Assembly: GCF_001194135.2 (NCBI RefSeq)
Contig: NC_068986.1
Location: 96,016,965-96,080,964 of the forward strand
Direction of reading: 5' to 3'
Origin: Octopus bimaculoides
Taxonomy: Eukaryota
Length of the DNA: 64,000 nt
Every line of letters starts with the position of its first letter. Position 1 is the stretch's first letter. This document shows, piece by piece, positions 23,991-35,605 of this stretch. Both the position numbers and the translations under genes were made by a program. The notes under the pieces are model-generated. The model saw only the letters and a list, made by a program, of their open reading frames with translations. It did no database searches and was not told the DNA's origin.

Positions 23991-25034
23991 CTGGTCAGAT
24001 AAAACACATGGAACCAGGATGTTCAGACTTCGGAATTCAGATATATTAACTCAAGATAACTTTTTTTGTAGGTGGTATATTTATATATATATATATATAT
24101 ATATATTTAAATATAATATGTTTATTTATCAAAAAAATTACCGATTATAATATTAAAAAAAAAAAAGGAACCAGAATATCAGAGCTCCGCAGTTAAGACA
24201 GATGACCATGTGGCTAATGGCAACGAAGTCTGGGTGTAGTTTAATCTACAGCGACATCGCTCTCCTCTTATACGTATTATGTCACTCCAGTAAACGATAT
24301 ATTTATTATTTATTCGTTTCCTGTCAAGAATTTATTTTTGTCGGTGTGGAGTGATTAATCATTGATTCTATTTGTATGGTCGTTGAGCGCCTATATCTTT
24401 CCGGTTCGAACTCGTGTATAACTTAGGTGTTGATTTCCGTATTTATTCGCTTATCTACCTGACTAATAAGTACCAAAGTACAAAGCACTCACTGTCCTTT
24501 CGTCTGGCAGAAAGTTAAACAGGATTAAGTTTGTGGAAGAATGGTAGAACCTCCATCGCTGGTTGGTACGTCTATCAATATAAGGCAGCATTGAAAAACT
24601 GCACTACAACCAGTGGAGCCTCCACGTGGTGGCTCAACTTAAAAGAAATAGTAACGAAATCACATTCTACTGTTTTAAGAAACAAAGAACAAATAGGAAG
24701 TGTATTCCTGGATATGTTATAATTTTGGTGGGGACAGGCTGTGGTCGTGGACCGTAAATGTGTCGTAACATGCTGCAAGGCAATTTTTTTTTACTCGATC
24801 TGACGTTTCTGACAGCTCGCTGCCCCTATCTATTGACATTAATTTGTATTAATTTTTTTCTGACATAAATACTAGGTCGAGTACTCGATTTTAGGGATCT
24901 GGAAAGATGAAAGAGAAAGTATCTTTAATAAAAAGGAAAAAAAAAAGTCTGCTGTAAAGTGGGCGCTAAGTGGGGAGTAAGAATCAACTAATTTAAAATT
25001 ATACCCAGAGTAAGAGATAATGATAATTCTATTC

Positions 25035-25567
25035 TGGTGCAGATGGAGTATATGTAATCTGGGTATACCCCCACTTTTAAATTTTTTTTTTTTTTTTACG
25101 GAATCCTATGTTTCAAACCATGGAGAATCCGATTCTGGAAAATTTTTTTCAAAAATCTCAATTTCAAAATTTCGACCCCCCCCCCCGGTTTTTATATAGA
25201 TCCACAGGGTAAACCTAACCCTAACTCAAACCCTAACCCTGACCCTAACCCTAAACCTAACCCTAACACTAGTTTTGTGAAATTTGGCTGTTATTTCTAG
25301 CATGTAAATAGCCTGCTTGGTGGGGGGGGGGGNNNNNNNNNNNNNNNNNNNNNNNNNNNNNNNNNNNNNNNNNNNNNNNNNNNNNNNNNNNNNNNNNNNN
25401 NNNNNNNNNNNNNNNNNNNNNNNNNNNNNNNNNNNNNNNNNNNNNNNNNNNNNNNNNNNNNNNNNNNNNNNNNNNNNNNNNNNNNNNNNNNNNNNCGTGG
25501 GATTCCGTAAAAAAATTAATAAGTAAGTGGGGGAATGGTTCAGATTACATATAGTCCATCTCTACCA
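25035..25567. mobile_element. Non-autonomous TIR element with internal (CCCTAA)-like array
   Basis: ~70-bp imperfect TIRs (AGATGGAGTATATGTAATCTG...TTACGGAATCC / GGATTCCGTAA...CAGATTACATATAGTCCATCT); flanks TTCTATTC / TTCTATTG; gap in the middle. Confidence 0.65.
25333..25495. other. Assembly gap
   Basis: N run. Confidence 1.
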
Positions 25568-25931
25568 TTCTATTGACTATATCCAATAAAGAAAGGTGAG
25601 AGGAAGAAGAACTCATCGAATTTAAAATCAATTAATGAAATGCAGTGGGATGGAATTTCTTTATTTCATGGAATTCTTTTTCAAAAATTTCAAATTTTTT
25701 TTCTATATTTCTACGACCTCAGTTTAACTCTTTTCTTTCCCCATGAGGAAGGGACATCTAATCTGAAACTGCTGAGTGATCTTCGGCAGTACAGTGGCAA
25801 AAATGAAACGTATTTCAGTGCCAAGAGACACTGCCTCATAGAAACATTGTCTAGACTTTTATGATAATTCCATTCACATGATGGCTGTGTAGTTTGAAGT
25901 TCGTTTCGCGACCACATGGTTAAGATTTTGA

Positions 25932-26033
25932 GCAGAGGTAAAAAATACGTACACCACCCATTTTTGGCGTAACAAAAACACTAATCCTAACCTTAACCCT
26001 AAACACCGGGGGTACGTATTCTTTACTTTCGCC
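25932..26033. mobile_element. ~100-bp MITE-like element with CCTAA repeats
   Basis: TIR GTAAAAAATACGTAC / GTACGTATTCTTTAC; flanks AGATTTTGA / ATATTTTGA. Confidence 0.5.
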
Positions 26034-28139
26034 ATATTTTGATAGCAAAACACTGCACCTTATAAGTGGCAACTGTGCAGAAGCCTGTCACGTGTGTGTG
26101 TTTGTGTCGGCGAAGGATATGAATATCAACGTGAAAACCGAAAACTGTGTTTTACTAACGAAGTCCTGGGGCTAGTTTTTCTGCACTAAGTTACGTTTAC
26201 TTCTCACGTCATCAGAAATACAGTAACCCAGTGATTGTCCTATTGGAAACGTGTAACCAGCGTCGCGGTTTGCCAATTGCAATATAAATATATAAAAAAA
26301 GAAAATCTCGGATGATTTTATAAGGAAATTAAATCGACGAGTACTATTTAATTGACTCAAGGAAGGTGGAAACGTGACGTCGGCGGAATTTCAACTCAGA
26401 ATATAAAGGTGGGACATAACTGAATACCACGAGTGTATGTCCGATTCTGCAATATACCGCATTCAGTAGAAATAATAGTAATTTAAGGCTTTGAAAAAAT
26501 GTTTGGGTAAGGAGTATGAATCCAGGTATTAAAAAAAAAGTCACAGGGGTTTTGTTGGGGGCGGGGGATTGTTCGAAAGGGTTTTGTCCTAGGGTGGTTG
26601 TCCGGATCCCATAAATTAAGTGTGACTTTTTTTCCTGTGACTTCATTGCCGGCCACCATAAATTAATTGTGACTTTTTTTTTTCCTAGCCAAAATTGTGA
26701 CTTTATTACTGTAACTTCTTTCCCGGTCACAATGAGTATAGCATAATTGATCGCAGTACTTGACTGGTATTTTCGTTAGGGGAGTTGTCGAATATGATAT
26801 GTAAACAACGACCCCCAGTACAAAAATAGGAATTCCCACATAGAAACTACGTACTAGAATCCCTGAGTCTCAAAAAATTCTTAAGCATGATGTTTCATTG
26901 TTTATAAAATATACTATATAACAGTAATTGAGTCAGTTTAATTAGTCTTAGTGATCACAACCACCTCCATTGCTCATGAAGTATTTACTCTACACATGTG
27001 GAATCATCAAATATCCACATAAGTTCAAGGGTGTGTTGTTTTTAGTCTGATAAATAACTCAGTTTAATGAATCTTAAGTCGTCATTTATGTAAAAATGAA
27101 GATTTATTTGTAAATTAGATGAATGTAGCATGTCGTTTCTAGGTTTATGTAAATAATGAACAACTTAACCTTTATGAAACTCTGCTTTGTCGAAAATGTT
27201 TACAAAGTAGGGTTTGTTTTCCTCCTTCCGGGCTTCATAAAATAAAACGATAAGTCAAATACTGTAATCAATTAGGCTATACTCTTCACCTTAACATTTT
27301 AAACCTTAAACTATAATTATTTGTTCATTACTGTTACATGATTAATTGTTATCTCTACGACCATGATATTAAAAATAACAGTCGTGATGATAACAAACAA
27401 TTAATCACTCAGATGACTAAGCAGACGAACACTAAAATGAGATTGATTGATTCATCGATAAATTAAATTATAAAGCACCGCGTAAAATAGAGTAAATATG
27501 TTGGTGATGATTGTGTTTGGATTTCCTGGGAGGAAAAAGGACCAAATAGCTATATATCTCTTATATTCTTGCCACAAATAGTGTACATCAAATATTCAGA
27601 ATAGTTTAAGGGCGTAGTAGGGGCAGGAGATTTGTTGTTTACCGTCGTTGTACTTTCAGGTAATTAGGTGTGTGTGTGACGAAAAAATCAACATTGAATT
27701 AAAGGACACACTCAGTACTTTTCAGTAGAAGACATTAATTTTCCGAAGAAAAGGTTCACAGTGACACTGAAGTTTCAGTTTACTAGTCGTCATGAGAGAA
27801 TTTTTGAAGTCATTGTTAACCTTTACCAATATGTGTGTGTGTTGAAATAACAACGAAACATTTACTGATCTGATAACTCTATGCCTTGAGTAAAATTTAT
27901 TGAGAAAATCAAGTGTTGTGTGGGACTTCAAGTTTTACCTAGCAGTTCCTGCAACTTGTCAGAGGCATGCATGTGTATATACACACCACTAAGTAGCCAG
28001 ACTGTTGCTATAGTAACGAAGCTAAAGCACGCAGAGTGAAGCCACTTGACACAGATTGACCTTAAACATTGATGTGCATGCACATTAAATGTTAACGTTC
28101 TTGCTCACTTCTGCTGTTTACAGGAAGGAAGATGTGTAG

Positions 28140-28590
28140 CGTGCAATCGTCGTATTGACCATAACAGAGAAAGTTGTCATGGCTACACCTTCTCAGAAGC
28201 CTACGCAGAATTGCAGAGAGTATATGGAGATGAGTGTATGAGTTGCACACAAGTGTACGAGTGATTCAGACGTTTACAAGATGGACGAAAAAATGTCGAT
28301 ATTGACAAACGTTCTGGGAGACCTGCAACCAGCAGAACTGAGAAAAATATCGCAGATGTGCGTGTAGCTGTGAGGGGAAATCGTCGAATCACTGTCCGTA
28401 AGTTATCAGAGGATGTGCAGATTAGTTACGGTTCAGTTCAGTCCATTATCATTGAAGATTTGGATATGAGACACGTGTCTGCCAAATTTGTGCCAAAACC
28501 GCTTTCAGTTACCAAAAAGATACTCGGGTTTCAATTGCACAAGATCTTGATTGTGTCAAGAACGATGAAAACTTATTGAAAACTTTGTAT
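28140..28590 (+). mobile_element. mariner transposase N-terminal (HTH) remnant
   Basis: AELQRVYGDECMSCTQVYE*FRRLQDGRKNVDIDKRSGRP...RRITVRKLSEDVQISYGSVQSII...VSAKFVPK; in-frame TGA and later frameshift. Confidence 0.85.
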
Positions 28591-30799
28591 AGGCCTCGGA
28601 GCAGATTTCACCAAGCTTTTGGCAAAATTTGATACAGATTCTCAGCTCTTAAATTAACTAAAATTTGAAGTTCAGACCTTAGATTTCATACAGTTGTCAC
28701 TCAAAGTTTCAGGTCATATCTCTTCAGTGATGTATATAATATAATATATATAGTTTACAGTGTTGTTTCTTGTTTAGTCATATATCAGCTCTGCTCAGTG
28801 AAATCTGTTGTGAGCATCTCGCCTTTCTGTCTATCAGGGATTTCGTCATGAAATGAATCCTTAATTGACATGAGTAGGATCTCATTTGAAGTATTTTTGT
28901 TGCTATTTTTAGCAGGTAGAATAAGGACATAGAGGTTCCTTCATTTCTATCTGTCAGGTATTCTGCTATGACTTGAAATAAAGTTTAATGACAAAATGGA
29001 GTGAAGTTCCTTTTTGATTCATGGTAGTAGAGCATTTCAGGGTATCATAATGTTTACATTATGTGTAGATAAAAATGCTTTAATTAGTTCTTTGAAGATC
29101 CATAAAGGGCCAGGACTTAGCACTTTTTCTTTTTATTTCATGATGTTAACCCTTTCATTAAATATAAAATAAAATCTTTCCTATATAGGGTGCTAGTCTG
29201 TTGTAGGTTGTTATTTAGTCTCAGGTCCCCAATCCATTTGATTTATGATCAAAGGTGTTCCGGTCACGACCAGTACATCTTTTATTTAGACATAGTATAT
29301 CTAGGGCTAAATTATTCAATGTGTATTTCCTTGTTGTTCAATTCCAAGGTCAGCCCTGATCCAGTTGCTAATGATAAAGGGTGTTCTCACCAAAACCATC
29401 TTTTATTCAGGTATTAATGCATCAATGATTACATTATTCAGTGTGTCCTTTCTCTCCTTGAGTAGTATAGCATGATTTGGCTACTATTTCTAGCAGATTG
29501 AGTGAACATACATAAACTCCCTTGTTGGCTTGCAGATAATATTCCTAAATGATCTGATACATATTGTTGATATCTAGGTCAAAGGCATATAAAAGCAAAT
29601 TTTTTGGTAAATGTTACCTGATCTAATATCACTTTTTGGATGCTAGCAGTTACAAGCTGCTGTATTTTACAAGAACCTGATTTTCTACCTGCCCTCATTT
29701 CCAAATGGTGTCAAAATGTGACTAGTTTCTACTAGTTTCTGTGGTCCAATAAGGGAGTTACTATGTGACCCTGAACCTATTAGAAATAGCAGATAGTTCT
29801 CACTCACACCCTGCTATCTTAAATACACTGGATAACATAGACCTACGTAGCCCTAAAACTACCAGTCATATCTGTGATACCTTAGATCAGAATTGCCTTG
29901 GAACTAAACAATGGTTGCCTGTTTAGACCTAGGACTAAAAGGGAGCAAATGAGGGAGATTTTAATTCTTTGCTTCATATGTGGTCAACTGTCTGTTGTTT
30001 TTCTGGTCCTTCAACTTATTTTTCCTCAGATGAATCAACATAATTCTGTAATATTCCATATTATAGTGCTCAGTAAACCAAGGAGAAACTGTTTATAATT
30101 GCTGATTCCTGTATGCACGATTAGTGAAATAAACATAATTGGTCGAGATATTTCCAGTAATTCATCAATAAAATGTATGACAACTTTTTATTTCACATTC
30201 TACTTCCGTTCAATAAATATATTTTCATGATGTTTTGCAAATTTCTTTCTAAGCAATTGTATATTTTAGGTATTGTGTAAACCCAGATCAACTTCCTTTC
30301 ATGAGCAGACCTACCTAAAGGGAAATTTGAATGAGGTTTTGTTACTATTTCTAGTCCAAATCAAACATGCTCTATTCTGACTAATTAGTTGCATGAAATT
30401 CTAGAACAGATTCTCAAATGCTGAAATCTGGAAAAATGTCTCATCTGCTATAGTTTATTCTTTTGTACAATTTTAGTTTTTAAACTTTCCTATGTGAAGA
30501 ATGCTTTCATATTTTTTATTTGATCTTCAGTATACCAGAAGTCAAAAATACTGAGAAACACTGCTCCAGAAAGATGGAAGTTGATTTAAAACACGTCCAA
30601 AGTTGTCTCCCATATTTCCTGGAAATTGTTTTTTCTTTTTTTGGATAACCGTTTATCACACAAAATGGGCTATTTTTAACAACTAACTTTGGCACAAGAC
30701 CACATTTTAAGGGAGTGATTGTCATTTGATCTCTCTACTTGACTGGCTTCATTGTCCTCATTTGAACTTACAATATACAGGGATGCAATTAAATAATGG

Positions 30800-30985
30800 T
30801 ACAAGGCCAGAAATTTCAGGGTAACGATTAAGTTGATTACATCAACCACTGAGTTCAACTGGTACTTATTTTATTGACCCCGAAAGGGATGAAAGGCAAA
30901 GTCAGCCTCACCAGAATTTGAACTTGGAATGTAAAAATGGACAAAATGCTCCCTGCTAACAATTCTGCCAGTTCACCACCTTGAT
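30800..30985 (-). mobile_element. Family B SINE
   Basis: ggtacttattttattgaccccgaaagggatgaaaggcaaagtcagcctcaccagaatttgaac. Confidence 0.7.
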
Positions 30986-31099
30986 GTAATTGAATATTGA
31001 GAAGTATTTTTATCAGGCACTATAACTGATTCTGCGGCACACCATGTTAGATGATTGCAATAATACACATTTGGGCAAGTGAAAGCAAAATCGTGATGG

Positions 31100-31395
31100 C
31101 ACCACCGTTCGAGCAAGATTGTTGCCAGTGCCACTGGACTGGCTCCTGTGCAGGTGGCACGTAAAAATACACCATTTTGAGCGTGGCTGTTGCCAGTATT
31201 GTCTGACTGGCCTTCATGCCGGTGGCACGTAAAAGCACCCACTACACTCTCGGAGTGGTTGGCATTAGGAAGGGCATCCAGCTGTAGAAACTCTGCCAAA
31301 TTAGATTGGAGCCTGGTGTAGCCATCTGGTTTCACCAGTCCTCAGTCAAATCGTCCAACCCATGCTAGCATGGAAAGTGGACGTTAAACGATGAT
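31100..31395 (+). mobile_element. Family A retroelement tail
   Basis: Two tandem units plus GGAAGGGCATCCAGCTGTAGAAAC and GGACGTTAAACGATGAT. Confidence 0.8.
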
Positions 31396-32334
31396 ATACA
31401 GTCGATTATATAAAATGGTACTTATTATATGTGATGGCATATGGCTTAGTGGTTAGAGTGTTGCATTGTTCTTGAACACTTCATTTCATGTTGCTCCGTG
31501 ATCACTTCACCACTGATATGTGGTACACCATGCATCTGTTCAGGTAATGTTGATTTGATGGAGGGAGTGAGCTCATAAATAGCACAAACATTTTGATTAC
31601 TATAAAATCATTTTTGTAGGTTGTTCAGCAAAAAATTGTAAAACCATTTTTCTCAGACTATGATAGGCTACCACCACTTAAATCATATGTCCATATAAAA
31701 GGGTTAGTGGTAGAAACAATAGTACTATCTCATATATCGGATAATTTTGCAGTCATTTTATTCCAGTACATGTAGTGGGATAACCTAACAGACAAAGCAT
31801 CATATTTTAATTCGATGCTCACAACAGTAATTAATCCAAAGTATGTAAATTACAAATATACAATTCATTTTTAAAATCTTAACATAAAAGAGTCTTTCTC
31901 AATCCTCCCATTCTGTGTCTGTAGATGCAGTGTAATTTAATATCTAAAATATTAATATACAATATGTTCAGAAGGAGTTTTCTTTCCAAGATTAGTATTC
32001 AGGTCATATATCTCCATTTTGTACTGGAATGGGTTCAACAAGATCCAACGGTTTGGAAGATGTCTTACTTCATGTGTTTGGTTTCAATAGCTGGATACTT
32101 TTCCTAACACCAACCACTTTACAATGTACTTGGTGCTTTCTTTGTGGCACCAGCACTAATGAGCTAACTTTGTATCTTGAGCATTAAATGTATAACTTGC
32201 CATTATATATTAATCCCAGAGAAATTAAAGAATGAAAAGTATTTTGTCTAATGTTCTAACATGTCAGCTACCTTCCACCAGTAATAATTTCTAATTTAGG
32301 CACAAGATTTTAGATGATACAATTATATATTTTT

Positions 32335-32545
32335 TCTACTCTTGACACAAGGCCTGAAATTTTGGGGTAGGGGGCCAGTCGATTACATTGACCTCAGTAT
32401 GTAACTGGTACTTAATTTATTGACCCTGAAAGGATGAAAGGCAAAGTCAAACTCGGCAGAATTTGAACCCAGAACGTAAAGACAGACGAAATACTGCTAA
32501 GCATTTCACCTGACATGCCAACATTTCCACCAGCTCACCACCTTA
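32335..32545 (-). mobile_element. Family B SINE
   Basis: Near full-length match to the 7844-8060 family. Confidence 0.75.
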
Positions 32546-34249
32546 ACGATACAATTATATTGACCTCAATGAATATAGAGAGGTGTAAATAAGTAGAACT
32601 CTTTAATTAAGGGGTTAGAGTTAATGACTGGTATTCAAGTAAGAGCCTGACATAAAAACTAAGTCAACTGACAGGATTTAAACCCAGAACGTAAACAGAA
32701 ATTAACTAAATAGGGTATTTTATCCACTGCACTACCAGCTTGCAACAATAATGAATTCTATTGGGTCACATAGAAGAGGGCAAGCTGGCAGAACCATTAG
32801 CATGCCCGGCAAAATGCTTAGTGGCATTTAATCTATTCTGTATTCAAATTCTGAGGTTGACTGCCTTTCAGGGTTGAAAAAATAAAGTACCAGTTAAGCA
32901 TTGGGCCCCTTCCCAGAACTTGTTGGCCTTGTGCCAAAATCTGAAACCAATATTGTCACACAGGACAGTAGACTGGCAGAATTGTTAGACAAAACACATT
33001 GTGGTATTTGCTTCCAACTTTTTACATTCTGACTTCAAATCTCACTGAAGTGAACTTAGCATTTCATCTTTCAGGGGTCAGTGGTATCAATAAATACCCA
33101 CCACACTATTAGAATAAAGAGAATGCAGTCAACTGATTCGAACCCTAAAACATTAATGGCAACTGTTTCTTGTAAGAGAGAGATAAAAATCATACCGTCT
33201 TGAAACAAGGATGTAACTATTTATAATAGGATATGTATAACCAGTGTGTAGAGAAGGGGATAGTCACTGTGTTCTTGGTAAAGACATGGCCCAATGCATC
33301 TAGGCAGTAGTTGGGCCTTAATTGACAAGGGCAACTCTTACAAGCCTTTCTAGGTTCTCCCTACCCCACTTCCCCAGATGAGATCCTTTGTTCTTTGAAA
33401 ATGATTATTATAGTTAGGGTAAAGGCACAAAGCCATGGATTTGCAGGGAAGGATTAACCAATTAAATCACAGTACTTGACTGCTAGTTTATTTTTATCTA
33501 TTACAGAAAGATGAAAGGCCAAGTTGACTGACTGAATTTAAACTACGAACATTAAAAGCTTAAACTAAATACCACAAATATATTTTGTTTGATGCTGCAA
33601 CAATTCTGGTAAGGTAATGAATTAGTAGAGTTGATAGAAGACTGGATAGAATGCCCCATGTTACTTGTTCCAACTATTTGAATTCAAATCTTGCCATTCA
33701 TCCATTTAGGCTTGGAACAGTAAAGTACCGATGCAATGTGGTAAATAAAACAGAACTATTAGAATCAAGCAAGATGCTTTGCAGTATAAGTTCAAACTCT
33801 TTGTGCTCTGAAAATTCTTGCGATAGCACTGATGCCAACCTAAATTGGTCCAAGTCAGTAGTCTTTCCCTTGTTCAAACATTGATACAGTGGAAAGGAGA
33901 GACTGGCATGCACAAGAAAGAAAAGAAAAACTGTCCGGCTAGCACAGATGTGTGATCAACAATGACCAATTTAAGTCTTACAATTCTGCCAATCCCCTAG
34001 CCTTTTAAAAATTTGTAACACACAAACACAATTAGGAGAGGCAGAAGAGTTACAGTTGATTAGATTGATTTTTGGTAGTTATCCTTTTCATCCTAGAAGA
34101 ATTTGAACTCAGAATAGAAAAGGATCTAACACTATGGCAGAAGGCATTTTATGTACTGTTCCATCATTTCTTTCCTCAACGATTTCAAAAACGATGAAAA
34201 GACTAAGTGGATGTTTGCAAGATTTGATCTCAGAATATTACTAAGCACA

Positions 34250-34600
34250 GTTGGTTGGTAAGTTTGCTTCCCAACTACATGTTCTAGGTTCAGTCCTACT
34301 GCTTGAAACATTGGGCAAATGTCTTCTACTGCAGCCTTGCAAGTGGATTTGGGAGATGAAAACTGAAAGAAGCCTATCACATATATGTATATCTGTGTGT
34401 ATCTTTGTATCTATCTCCGACCACTGCTTGAAACTGGTGTTGGTGTGTTTAAGTCTCCATAAATTAGCAGCTTGACAAGAGACCAACCGAATAAGTACCA
34501 GGATTAAGAGGGTGAAAAAAAAAAGAAAAAAAAAACTACTGGGGTAATTCAAGGTGGTGCCCCTACCATGGCTGCAGTTTTGACTGAAAGAAGTTAAAGA
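34250..34600 (+). mobile_element. Family C SINE
   Basis: ggtaagtttgcttcccaactacatg...gggcaaatgtcttctact...gcaagtggatttgg...ggtggtgcccctaccatggctgcag. Confidence 0.7.
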
Positions 34601-34919
34601 TAAATAGGCAAATTTTCGCTATCAACTACTATTACAATAAAAATCAGACACAAAGCTTAATGCCACAACAGAAAGATATGATCAAATTAAATGATGTTAT
34701 ATTACTTTTTCTTATTTCTGAATAGTAAGCAATGAGTTTTTCTTTCAAATGTTCTACCACTGATGGAAGATGAAAGACATTTGGGGTGATGAACATTCAG
34801 TAAATACATATTCATCATAATATTTAATTTTCATACCACATTCTTCAATCTATATTAAACCATAACTATATTGCCCCCCCCCCATCATTGCAAATAAAAT
34901 CTGTGCCTACTGCAAAAAA

Positions 34920-35605
34920 NNNNNNNNNNNNNNNNNNNNNNNNNNNNNNNNNNNNNNNNNNNNNNNNNNNNNNNNNNNNNNNNNNNNNNNNNNNNNNNNN
35001 NNNNNNNNNNNNNNNNNNNNNNNNNNNNNNNNNNNNNNNNNNNNNNNNNNNNNNNNNNNNNNNNNNNNNNNNNNNNNNNNNNNNNNNNNNNNNNNNNNNN
35101 NNNNNNNNNNNNNNNNNNNNNNNNNNNNNNNNNNNNNNNNNNNNNNNNNNNNNNNNNNNNNNNNNNNNNNNNNNNNNNNNNNNNNNNNNNNNNNNNNNNN
35201 NNNNNNNNNNNNNNNNNNNNNNNNNNNNNNNNNNNNNNNNNNNNNNNNNNNNNNNNNNNNNNNNNNNNNNNNNNNNNNNNNNNNNNNNNNNNNNNNNNNN
35301 NNNNNNNNNNNNNNNNNNNNNNNNNNNNNNNNNNNNNNNNNNNNNNNNNNNNNNNNNNNNNNNNNNNNNNNNNNNNNNNNNNNNNNNNNNNNNNNNNNNN
35401 NNNNNNNNNNNNNNNNNNNNNNNNNNNNNNNNNNNNNNNNNNNNNNNNNNNNNNNNNNNNNNNNNNNNNNNNNNNNNNNNNNNNNNNNNNNNNNNNNNNN
35501 NNNNNNNNNNNNNNNNNNNNNNNNNNNNNNNNNNNNNNNNNNNNNNNNNNNNNNNNNNNNNNNNNNNNNNNNNNNNNNNNNNNNNNNNNNNNNNNNNNNN
35601 NNNNN
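34920..35605. other. Assembly gap
   Basis: N run. Confidence 1.

Noticed and set aside
27600-27850. Possible two-exon + strand ORF across a 66-nt intron (VEDINFPKKRFTVTLK...)
   Set aside because: In-frame TAG at 27602 and no ATG in that frame; not supportable as coding.
30516-30858. Minus-strand ORFs that look like a terminal exon
   Set aside because: Weak acceptor, no recognisable homology, and no linking upstream exon.
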